Positions 11,912 to 22,500 of a stretch of 64,000 nucleotides of DNA are shown piece after piece. Positions within the stretch are counted from its first letter, which is position 1. Each line of letters starts with the position of its first letter. The stretch covers positions 558,001 through 622,000 of the forward strand of contig CM074814.1 in the NCBI GenBank assembly GCA_037447605.1, read 5' to 3'. Both the position numbers and the translations under genes were made by a program. The stretch is from Zygnema circumcarinatum SAG 698-1b (lineage: Eukaryota; Plantae; Zygnematophyceae). Under the pieces are notes generated by a model that was not told the DNA's origin, ran no database searches, and saw nothing but the letters and a program-made list of their open reading frames with translations.

Positions 11912-12044
11912 GGGGGTGTCAGACTTAACGAAATCTTACGAACAAAAAAGTTTTGTAAGTACTCCGCCGCACCAGGATTGCTATGTCACCGAAGTACTCG
12001 TTCTGGTCTCAAACTTACGAACAATTTTTAAGTCTGACACCCCC
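11912..12044. mobile_element. 133-bp MITE-like element with 17-bp perfect terminal inverted repeats and TA flanks
   Basis: TA-GGGGGTGTCAGACTTAA (11910-11928) and TTAAGTCTGACACCCCC-TA (12028-12046) are exact reverse complements. Internal direct repeat cttacgaaca occurs twice. Confidence 0.8.
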
Positions 12045-12424
12045 TAATTTCCTCTTGTTGTGCAGGTAGGGCGAATTTTTTCTTTGCTGGCCCCTCGTTG
12101 CGTAGCAGTTCCGTTACCCGTCGGAACGAGGAACTGTCACAAGGAACCGCTCATATGGTGTCGTCCGTACATAGTCGTATTCCACGGAATTAGGCTGATC
12201 CATGAAGTTGAACGCGCCGTGATTTCTGACTAGTTCCGTGAAGGAAATTTTGTTCACGGAAAGCTTGGAATTGCAATCACGGATTAGACGCATGTGACCA
12301 CCCACTCTCCCCGCTCTCCTCCCCCTCTCTCTCTCCACTCCCACCGTCTCCTCTCCCGCTCCCTCTCTCGCTCCCCTGCCCTCCTTCCTCCCTCCCCACT
12401 CTCTCCTCTTCTAAACTCACGGCC

Positions 12425-14118
12425 ATGGCCGGTGTATTGCGGCAGCGTTTCTCTCGGAGGCTTGTTCTCGGAGCCTTCTCTCAGCTACCCCATAGCAGCT
12501 CCAGACTCCATGCTGTTGTAGCTAACGGAAACGGACCTACTGTTGCGTACAGTACATGGAACGCTGTCGAGGTCATGCTTGCACGTGCGAGTTCCGCGGC
12601 CTGTCAGCGGAGCCCCCCCTGGCTGCCTCTGCTTCCTGTTAAAGGGCGCCACTTCAGTGGTAAGCGAAAGAGACCTGCATACATATTGCATACATGCCCC
12701 ATGATATACCTTTATGCATCCTCATGACATGATTTCATGGCCCATGCATGTCCTGCTTTCAGAACCCTATGCCATGGTTTCGGAGCAGAATGCCGTACTT
12801 CCATAACCCCATAACATGTTTTGACGGTCCAATTAACAGCTTTAATTGGCCTCGACATGCTCCTCTAAACCCATCATGATGCGTTTGGTAGCTCGGACAC
12901 ATATTTCCTTTGTACAGTGTCATGCTCTCATGCCCTCATGTCGTCCCCATGACATGCTTTTGTAGCTCTGTGACGTACCCTAACGACCCAATGCCATGCT
13001 TTGATAACCCCATGGCATGCTTCCATGCTTCAATGTGTAGGCACATAATATCCCCATATATATATTTTACATTTTTTTCTTCTTTTTTTATATGTTCCTC
13101 TTTGAAGTGCAGGTGCTGCGACTTCAAAGGTGGTAGTAGTCGCAACGGATGACGAGTTCCAAACGGCACTGAAAGATGCTCAAGGTGCAACTTCAAAGCA
13201 GGCCCCTACGCCTCGTTTCCTCCTTTCCCCTTCATTTGCTTTTTTAAGGAAATCAGTTTCTCTTCATGTTTCAAGGCTGTATTTCTCAATCTTTTAAAGA
13301 ATTGCTCTTTATTTTTTCTTTGATATTTTTTTGGGTGGGGTGGAAGGTGGAAACAGACAAGAGTCAACTGGCGGTGGTTGACTTTACTGCTGTGTGGTGT
13401 GCCCCTTGTAAGTGGCTCTCTCTTTTTCAAGCTAAAACTCCTTTGACTATACCTAATATATTATATATATAGTTTTTTTCATTCTCTGCCCGTCCCATAG
13501 TTGAACACATGTTCTATTACTGTCCAGCTTCATTACCCTGACCGACAAGGTCGCAATCTCAACCCTATAACAGAACGAGTCTAATTTGAAAACCTCTCCA
13601 CCGTGAACCCTTAAAATGACGTCCTAAGAGTTTTATGAAGGAGGACGGGCAGGCCAAAAGTTTGCTCCAATATTCGATCAACTGAGTATGGACTGGGAGG
13701 ATGTGCGCTTCCTCAAGGTCGACATTGATAACGTACGCAGTCTCAGATTTTCTTGGACATTTTGAGTTTTCAAGGATAGAAATGCAGAGGAAAAATGTAT
13801 TTCCCAAGGAAGATGTCTAAGTGCAGTGGATTTCATTTCTCGCGTTGGAAACAGGAAGATTTGCAGCAGACCGTCACGAGTGCAGGCATTAGAGCGGTGG
13901 TATGGCCCCNNNNNNNNNNCCCTCCCCCTCCCCTTCCCTTCTCGAGAGCTAATTTTTGCTTCGTTCCTTCCCTCTCTTCCCTTCCACTTTCTTGCTTTTA
14001 TTTTTCTTTCGGGCAGCCCACTTTTCAGTTCCACAAGGGAGGGAAGAAGAAGGGTGAATTTACCGGCGCCGACCTCGAGAAGTTGAACGACATGATTCAA
14101 CTACATCGCCAAACTTAA
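12425..14118 (+). CDS. TRXO: Thioredoxin, o-type (mitochondrial), active site WCAPC
   Basis: GT-AG exons 12425-12659, 13113-13184, 13357-13407, 13653-13732, 13855-13899, 14017-14118. Arg/Ser-rich presequence (MAGVLRQRFSRRLV...RHFS), then VVDFTAVWCAPCQKFAPIF...FLKVDIDNEDLQQTVTSAGIRAVPTFQFHKGGKK. The L..t......I.AVPT insert is typical of Trx-o. Confidence 0.88.
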
Positions 14119-14304
14119 AAGCGATGTCAAAATCAGCGGAAATAAGTCATTTTTTTTGGACGATTGTAGCCTTTCATTTTTTTGAGCGGTTGTACATAAG
14201 CATGTGCTCCGGAGCGTTGGCACAACATCCCTCTAAGGGCTTAAGAAGCGCCCTGTTTTCGCGTGACAAAGTATTGAAAGCAGCTGGAAGCTATGTAATG
14301 CATT

Positions 14305-14430
14305 TCATGCACAACAATATGCACAACAACTTGAACAACAACTTACACAACAACATGCACGACAACTTGAACAGCAACATGCACAACAACTTACACAACA
14401 TGCATGCTACATTCATGTACAACATGCACA
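14305..14430. repeat. 12-nt tandem repeat (consensus about ATGCACAACAAC)
   Basis: atgcacaacaat atgcacaacaac ttgaacaacaac ttacacaacaac atgcacgacaac ttgaacagcaac atgcacaacaac ttacacaac. Confidence 0.85.
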
Positions 14431-14935
14431 ACCTCAAGTGCATGTCGTACATGTATGTTGTGATAGAAACAGAGTCCGTAGAGGACATGAGAGGACATTC
14501 TATGTGATGGTCCGGACCTCCGGTTTGGGTGGACAAAAGACACGTGGCAGACTGTCGAGGCATTATCGACCAATATCGACCAATATCGAGATACCGGCGG
14601 TCATGCATACACACGACGTGACACGTAAATCCTGTGACGTGACGGTAAACCGCCAAAAGGTGAAATGTTTCCCTCGTCTTATGGTTTGACTTCCCTCCTC
14701 TCCTCTCTCCACCCTTCCTCTATCTCTCTCCTCTCCTCTCTCTCTCCCCCTAACCCCCCCCCCGCCCTCTTGCCCCCCTCCCCCCCTTCCCCCTCTCCCC
14801 CCCCCCCCTCCCACTCGCCCCTTCCCAACTCTTCCCTCCCCACCCACACCTCCCCTCCTTCGTGGTGAGTCTCATTTGCTATTTACCTTCCCGACATCCC
14901 ACTTTTAATTTGATTTTTGTTTTCCCTTCAGGCAG

Positions 14936-14998
14936 CCCGCATTTCAGTTCCACAAGGGAGGAAAGAAGTTCGGGGAGTCTTCCGACAACGACCAATAG
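14936..14998 (+). pseudogene. Duplicated copy of the Trx-o terminal exon with its acceptor site
   Basis: ttcaggcag|CCCGCATTTCAGTTCCACAAGGGAGGAAAGAAG aligns with gggcag|CCCACTTTTCAGTTCCACAAGGGAGGGAAGAAG (14017). Encodes PAFQFHKGGKKFGESSDNDQ*. Confidence 0.75.
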
Positions 14999-15080
14999 AA
15001 GACCCCCTCCCCCCCCTTCCCCCTTCCCCTCCCCTCCCTTGCTCCCTCCTCTCTCCCTCTCTCTCTCTCACTCTCTCTCT

Positions 15081-15086
<6 letters not shown>

Positions 15087-15146
<60 letters not shown>
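15087..15146. repeat. (CA)n microsatellite
   Basis: About 30 CA units. Confidence 0.95.
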
Positions 15147-15149
<3 letters not shown>

Positions 15150-15880
15150 GCACCACACAATGTGTGATATAACCAATATCTCCAAAAGTAGAAATTACAA
15201 GCACCCGTGCAATGAATTATGGGTTCTGCAAACCTTTTCGGGGTCAGAACAACGAATGAACCCTTGAATGGCAAGCCTTGGCGCTAAAACCCTAAACCCT
15301 AGCCCTAAAAAAACCTCCGCAACTCAACTGCGGAGAGAAACTCACAAGAAAGTGAGCCCTTCCAGACCCTCTCTCTGACGTGCATGCCGCGTTCCGAGAA
15401 ACAAGACTTCCCTACAAGACTTCAGGCTTCTCACTAAGCTCTCTTTCTTTCCTCCACTCTCTCTCTCCTTCTCTCTCTCTCTCTCACATCTCGCTGTGGG
15501 TAAAATTGCATGAATAGAAAGTTTTTTCCGCACCTTTTCGACAGGGTGATACTTTGAATATCTCGAATTGCCTTCGCCGTGCTCTCGCCTGTTCCGCTCC
15601 ATTCCGCTTTGCATGTCGCACTCGAGTAGGCATACATCTCCACCTCCCGTCCTCTTACTTTCCCGTTCTCTCACTTCCTCCCCACTCTCTAGCCCATTGC
15701 TTGCTTCCCCAACATCTCTCCCACTTTCCATTCCTTTCCTTCTCCTGCCACTTCCTCCACTCCTTCTCCCTCTCCCTCTCCCTCTCCCACTCCCTCACGT
15801 TTACTAATCCACAGCTGAGGGAGGACGGAGCGAGAGATTCCAAGGCCCCTCCCTCCCTCCTAACGAGTGAGAGTCTAATT

Positions 15881-18800
15881 CTAAGCCGCCTCGTCAGCTA
15901 CTCTCCCCTTGGCATAGTTAAACGAATTCTCTTCTCCCGAATTCCACCTCCCTCCTTCTCCCCCTAACCGGTATGTTCCTCCACTCCCATCATCACTCTC
16001 AAAGCTCCCGACCCTCCCTTGCCCTGCATCCCCTTCACTCTTACCACTACCACCTCCGCCACCTCTCGCTTCCTCTCCACCATACCTCGTTCCACCATAT
16101 CCTCCCCCAGCTTTTGTAGAGCCTGAGTTCTGTTCCACACTCTGTCCCCCTCTCGCTTTATTCATGTTAAGGGACGTACTCCCATTTTCGAGAATGCTAT
16201 CTTCATCCTCTCCCCCGTGCCGTGCCTCAGTCTTAGTCTCTCTGTACTGCTGCCGAACAGTTCCCTGCGTCTGTTTCTCCGTTTCAGTTCCGCTTGCCTG
16301 TGTTTGCTGCTTGTCCATTCGCTGTTACGCAGAAGTCAAAACGGACCGATTAAGAACTCTCTTCTCGACCTAGGAGAACCTAACCCTAAAACTGCCAAGC
16401 CATAAAATCCTTCAGTTTCTGCACTCTCTGAAACTCTGAAAGGGAGCTAGAAGAGCCTTTGTATGAGTGGAGAGTTCAAGAGTTTAAAGTTTCATTCACT
16501 TTTGTTTCGATGCCCTTTCCATTCATTTCTATTTCATATATGGCCCTGGAGGATTCGGGACTTCAAGGTTTAGAATTGGAGTTCGAGGTTTGAACACAGT
16601 AAAACCCCCCCTTGAATACGAATTTTTTTGAGGTAGCAGACATCTATAGAAACAGTGGTCCTCTTTGATTGTCAACAGCAGCTTTTTAAGGTTTAGCTTG
16701 TTAGGGCTCGGAGAGGCCTAACCTGTTTTCCAGAATCTACAGAAGAAAGGTACTGCTTCATTCTGCTCAGTTCTTCATTCTGCATCCAAAACATGAACAT
16801 AATTGGACCCCGTCCCACCCCCAGAAAAACTGCAAGTCAATTCTATCTTCAATTCTCCTTTACAAGTGAAGAACTTTCTCCCGCCAGCAGCTGCTCTGTT
16901 GTACGTTGCCTTGTACTGAGCATGCAAGGAAACGGTCTAAAGAAGTGACTCCTACAAACAATTCGAAGAAAAGCTCTCTCTCCCTTCCCCTACTTTCAAC
17001 CCCACTACCTCTGTCTTCTCTCCTCTCTCTCGCTATGAACACCTTCCGTGCAAAGGTCAGTGGCTAGCCCTCATAAGTTGGACCTTAACTTTGTACAGAT
17101 GGTCCCCTTAACAGAACTTTAACTTTTAAAAACAACTTTAGCTCTATACGCTTTCTTCTATTTAGAAGTGATGAATTTCACCATTGAGCTGAGCTTAGAT
17201 TGAAGGTCCTGATATCGACGCTCTGCGTCTGCAGTCTGCTCCGCTGCCTTTGCAAGTTCCTCCTCCTTGCTCCTATAATCATGAGCAAAATCTTTCTTTT
17301 CAAAAAAAAATCAGCAGAAGCTGACTTAAGATATTCATGCAAGAACAATCAGTAAAACTAATCATCAAAACAAGGAGTCCCACAAAAGAAACGTTTCTTA
17401 CCTTTTCTCTGCTTCCAATAGTTTATGGACCTGCTGCACTTGCTCGATTTTCTGTTCCCATGCCCTCACCCTCCCTAGTTAGTTAGTTAGTTTTGTTAGT
17501 TAGTTAGTTGGTTTTGTTAGTTAGTTAGTTAGTTTTGTTAGTTAGTTAGTTCTAGTTAGTTAGTTGTTTTTTTTTCCCTAGTTTTTTTTTCCTAGTTTCT
17601 TCTCCTTAGTTGCTACCAGAAGGCTTGAACATGTAATGTTTGAACTGCATGAATGCCACCATTTGGAAAAGTCGGAAAAGAATCCAAGCTCCTGATCCAA
17701 ACAGAGAAGTTTCAGAACCATTCCTTGGAGGATGTTGACAATGTAAAGGATGTCAATGACAATGTACAACGATGTGATGGATGTAGATAATGTGAGTGAT
17801 GTAAAGGATGGAGGGCAAAAGAGGAGGATGGTAGCTTACCATTTCCAAGTCCGCTTTTTGGGTTTGAAGTGTCTGCTTCGACTGCACCTCATCATTCAGC
17901 TGTTTCTTTGTCTACAATTTCACAGGAAAGGGGGCCACATTGGTCGACCGAAATTTTAGTCATTTCTTCTTTGCCGAATGAAGGTTAGAAAATGAGTTTC
18001 CAATCAAATTGAATATCCGGGACACTGAGAATAAGGAGAGTTAATGTGACAGATAAACAGAAATAAGCAGTCGTGGTCAGAGGGCTGACACAGAAAGGGG
18101 GGGAGAGAGAGGGGAAAGGAGAGAGCAAGTGAGAAAGGGGCGACAGAGAATGGGAACAAGGAGAGAGCGAGAGAGAGAGGGGGAGAGGTCCCTTAACCTC
18201 GATCGAGAAAAGTTTAAATTTAATATTCCATTTAGACTTAGTCTTAGCTAGCTTTCATCCTTTCTTAAGCAGAACTAAGTAAACAAAAAAGAAAACAACT
18301 AACATATTCATCCCTTCCAGCCTGACAACATCATTCAAATGTCTGAAGTGAAAAGCCTTCTCTATTCCAATAAAGATAATCTTCACGTTTCCGATGTTTT
18401 CTCAAAATCTCGATGCATTCTAAGACACTATTTAAACCATCAAGACCTTTCACATCACAACCCAAAAAATCCTCATTTTTTTGCTTAACACAGTAGCTAC
18501 TTTCATCACATGGAACCCCCGAATCTTAATTCTACTTACCAGATCATGTGCTTCTTGGATTTGCGCTCCCTTCATTCTCTCTTTCTCAAACTTATCCTTC
18601 CATTCAGTCACAGTCTTCAGCGAATCCTCATACATTTTTTCAAACTGTCTCCTGCGATCCCCCAACCCTAAAAACCTCAGCGATTGAGCAGTGCCTGAGC
18701 TCCGTGACTTATAAATTACATTTGCTTTCTAAATTTTGAACCTTCTAAGGCCCATCCTGCCACAGCTGTTGGTTCAAGGAAGAGTTGTATCTACCCTGAA

Positions 18801-18916
18801 CGCTGACTGTGTGTGAGTTCCCTCTGCATGGCGACGTGATGTTGATAGAAGATCACTCCCGCAGTGAGGAGAAGTGCCAAATAACAGACCCGTCCTGCTG
18901 CTCCGCTTCTTGCCAT
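15881..18916 (-). CDS. Type II membrane-anchored coiled-coil protein with Gly/Ser/Glu-rich low-complexity C-terminal tail (Golgi-membrane-protein-like architecture)
   Basis: Phase-consistent GT-AG exons 18808-18916, 18540-18667, 17840-17911, 17402-17451, 17182-17272, 16723-16779, 15881-16321. Protein: MARSGAAGRVCYLALLLTAGVIFYQHH (signal anchor), then heptad-rich ...RRRQFEKMYEDSLKTVTEWKDKFEKERMKGAQIQEAHDLTKKQLNDEV...KIEQVQQVHKLLEAEKRSKEEELAKAAEQ...NEELSRMKQ, then a Gly-rich tail. Family assignment is by architecture only. Confidence 0.7.
17476..17566 (-). repeat. (CTAA)n array (TTAG on + strand) at the 3' end of an intron
   Basis: Blocks of ttag repeats separated by tttg on +. On the minus sense strand it reads actaactaactaac. 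Confidence 0.85.
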
Positions 18917-21378
18917 ACTTAGAGCACGCTCCTCCTAAACTTCTCTCTGCACAATAATAAATGGAAAAGCGAAGAGCGAAGAGAGGGAGGGAAGTGGAGG
19001 GGCAAGTGGAGATAGGAACAGGAGGGAGGAGAGATGAGAGAGGGGGGAAGGGAGGAGAAGGAGAGGAGAAAGAGGAGGAAGGAGAAGGGCAAAGAGAGAG
19101 AGAAGGGGAGAGGAAAAAGGCAAGACCGGAGGGGAAAGTGGAGAGAGAAAAAAAGGGAGAGGAGAGGGCGGGATAAGGCAGAAGTCTCCGGTTAAGAAGA
19201 GAGAAACAAAAACAGGGCCAAGATCCTGGTGTCGCTTCTGTGAAATCAGGAATGTGAGGTCAAAAAAATGCTGGGCTAATATAGACTGCAAAGGAATCTC
19301 TAATCCATTGATCTGATTCACTTCAGGCATCAACTCCATGAAAAACTGCAAGCGTAGCTGAAGTCAAATCTCGATTTGGTTTCCTCGAAACCTCCGAAAG
19401 CTTACTTCCGAAAGTGTTCCGCAGTTTTCATCATAATGCACAGAAATGTGGAAGTTGCAACTGATGTATCCACGCAGCAGAGGGAAGACAACCCTACAAC
19501 TGGCAACTCCCTCTCTCTCTGACTCTCTCACTCTCGCCCTCTCTCCCACTTTCAGTATCCCTCTCCCTGCTTTATCGATCTCCCTCTCCCTCTCCCTCAC
19601 CCCGCGTAACTCTCTCTCTGCATTCATCCCCTCTCTGCCTCTTCCATTATACGAATCCTCACGTCCCTATCTGCCAGCATCTCCTCTTAGCTGGCAGCCA
19701 TAAAAAAACTCTAATGTTCACCACTGCTGATCCGTTTTTAGACAGGAAAAAGTTGACTCAAACGGTTCGCCAGCTTGCCGTGGCTTTAATCTTACTGATC
19801 TCCAGACCAGAAGCCTAGCATTTATACGCTGCAAACTGCCCCTACCATACACATACATTTCTTCTCTCTCCTTGAGATGCATAACTGAGATCGTTTGAAT
19901 GCAAGTAGTCGCCTTTTCTGCGCATACCCAGACTTCAGCACTGATCTGCAAAGGCTTACCTTTACAGTTCCCGGCAGGCAGACCGATTCCAATCGAAAAA
20001 ATGCACCAGTAGAATCTGATACTGACCAAAGTTTCAGGTTTTTCAGCTTGTACAGATTCAGCGACAGATACAGGTACGAAAACACTCCAACTTATTGAGA
20101 AAGAGAGAGAGAGAGAGCGAGAGACGAAGGGTGCACCCTTTACCGTACATGTTGTACGGTCCGTGTTGTACGAATTCCAACTGTAGGACCGTACGGTAGA
20201 ATAGAAACCGTCATCCTCGCCGTAAAACAAGAGCTGTAACGGGTACAAGGAACATAGAGCGCTCTACGGACACCAACAATGGCCTTATTCCCACACCCCG
20301 AAAACCATATGCAGTACCAAAAATCCTTCCCGAAAAAACCGTCAAATTCATGAAGCCCTAACTTTCAGGCTTCTGATTGGTCAAACTTCGAGGGCCGCGC
20401 GCTGATTGGCTGAGGGAGAGGAAAAAAATCGTGGATTTTTTTTGGGGTAAAATGTACTGATAATCGGACGATACGATACTTCTCGGGATCCGGCCAGTTC
20501 ACCGGTTAGCGTACTGTTCCAGTTCCCGTTCAGTGCAGTGGAACAGATCGGGCGAAAATAGAAAAACGTTTGGGTAGAAAAGGGACGGGAATGTTTGCAA
20601 GTTTTGCCACAATAGGTAGTTCGAGATCTAGGATAGCGCATTGACATTGATCTCACGATGGCAAAACCATCATATACATGGGTTTGGATTCCAGAGTTGT
20701 TGTTCAATGTTGTTGTCGTTGTTGTAAAGTTGCATGTTCGTTTCGTTCGCTAGATATTTAAGTTTACTATTGAGAGCCCCAAAGGCCCCGAAGATAGATG
20801 GAGTAATCATCATTCATCGTCGTCGTGGTTCAAGCTTTCACAATGCACAAGCTTCACTACCAACAAAAATTTTATTTGATGCAAAGTGGTTACAGTTTCG
20901 AGAGAATTAGGGCATTCCAATGCAACGGTTGGCGGGGCTTGCAGACGTTGGCCGTGTACCGGATATCACCGGCACACACTGCCCAAAAGTCGCAACAAGG
21001 AAAAACTGTCCGCAGGCGAAGGGGTCATCCCCCTCAAGCATTTTGCTCTAATTTTGTTTCCAAAGACGTCAAAAAGGAGAAGGTGCCTGCAGTTCAACAC
21101 AACAATGAAAGACAGCGGGGGAGAGGGAATGCTGGAAGCTGGGAGGGAGGAGGGAGAGATAGAGAGAAAAGGAAAGTGGGAGAGAGAGAGTGGAGGCCTT
21201 CCTTCTCACAGACCCTCCTCCCCATCCCCTCTCTCTCCCTCCCTCCTCTCTCCCTCCTACTTTCCTCCCCTCCGGCCTCCTACCACCTACCCTCAGCCTC
21301 AGCCTCAGCACTGCGGCGTCCATCAACACTGAACATTACACTTCGGAAAATTCGCCATGGCAGCCCTCTCCAAAGTTT

Positions 21379-21655
21379 GAACCCTAATTCCGCCATGTTG
21401 ACCACCTTCAAACCCTAATTCCGCCATGTGGCCTACCTTCAAACCCTCGTTCCGCATTTGGCTCACCTTCGAACCCTAATTCCGCCGTGTGGGCCGCCTT
21501 CAAACCCTAATTCCGCCATGGAACCCGACTACAAACGCTAATTCTACCAAATTACCCGTCTCCAAACCCTAATTCCGCCATGTGGGTCGTCGTCAAACCC
21601 TAAATCCGCCATGGAACCCGTCTCCAAACCCTAATCCCGCCACGGAACTCGTCAA
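21379..21655 (+). repeat. About 31-nt minisatellite (about 9 copies), each unit carrying a telobox AAACCCTA
   Basis: Recurrent aaaccctaattccgccatgtgg...cttc units with substitutions. Confidence 0.85.
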
Positions 21656-21762
21656 CCCGTGCTTCGGCAGTCGCTGCTTGTTACCGAGGAAGGAGCGGAA
21701 GGGTACAGGTACAGGCGTGACGGATGTCACGTTTCCTCGGAGACCCGGAGGACAGCCTTTTG

Positions 21763-21777
21763 GGAAGCTTCTCGAAT
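21763..21777. promoter_or_regulatory. Perfect three-unit heat shock element upstream of DnaJ-1
   Basis: gGAAgcTTCtcGAAt matches nGAAnnTTCnnGAAn, about 725 nt upstream of the HSP40 ATG. Confidence 0.65.
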
Positions 21778-22102
21778 GCGAGCCGCGCCGTTCTACGCGC
21801 ATTTCCTGGAAATATGGTTGGAAAACAAAAAATGGAAAGAAATTTCCTTGCCGGAAAAAATTCGACCATTTTTTTGCGGGCAGAATGTAACCACTTCAAA
21901 AATGAATTCGATTCGAAAATTCTGGCCATACATATTACATTACTCGTCCAAAGGAGCATTCCTAAATTTCGGTTCCACGGACACATTGACCAACGAAATA
22001 AACTTTTCCAACTTCCAAAATTCCCAAACTTTTTCAAGGAAATGTAATTTTAACCTTGGCCCCTTATTCGTTCCGGTACACCCAATAAAAAACAGAAAAA
22101 AA

Positions 22103-22203
22103 AACCCGCGCAGTTTCACGGCCTTTGAAAAAACCGCGCGGTCTCACGCCCTTTTGAGGAAACCGCGCGGTCTCACGCCCTTTTGAGGAAACCGCGCGGT
22201 TTT
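22103..22203. repeat. 29-nt tandem repeat containing the palindrome AACCGCGCGG(TT) in the DnaJ-1 promoter
   Basis: aaccgcgcggtctcacgcccttttgagga is exact at 22132-22160 and 22161-22189, with a degenerate copy before and a partial copy after. Confidence 0.85.
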
Positions 22204-22500
22204 TTGCCTGGAATCGGAGGGTGCTTTCCGGAAGGAGGAGAAGCTTCTGTCAGCTCCTCTTTCCTCTACTACCTTTCTAGGAGCTCGCAAGGAAGTTGAT
22301 TCTTCCTCCTCTCTCTGTGGTCCTCTCTCTCTCCCGTGCTCTCTCTCCTGCTGTCCAGTTATGTCCTCTCGTTAAGCAGCCGATTTCAGTTTCTTGAACA
22401 TCTCTGGTGGTTAGAAGGAGTTTTATTGGAGCAACAGAGTCTTGGAGCAGGATTGTGGATCAGAGGTTGAGGGAGGCGGTGGCAAGAGCAGGAGGGCATC

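Noticed and set aside
12700-13060. CATG-rich degenerate repeats in Trx-o intron 1
   Set aside because: No clear period or termini; cannot distinguish from composition bias.
19718-20248. 176-aa minus-strand ORF
   Set aside because: No recognisable domain and includes a CT-repeat translation; probably 5' UTR/promoter of the coiled-coil gene.
20825-21418. Overlapping 197/148-aa ORFs as possible TE protein
   Set aside because: No transposase, RT or gag motif recognised; partly low complexity.
21379-21655. Regular repeat array as CRISPR
   Set aside because: Units are contiguous degenerate tandem copies with no unique spacers, in a eukaryotic context with no cas genes.
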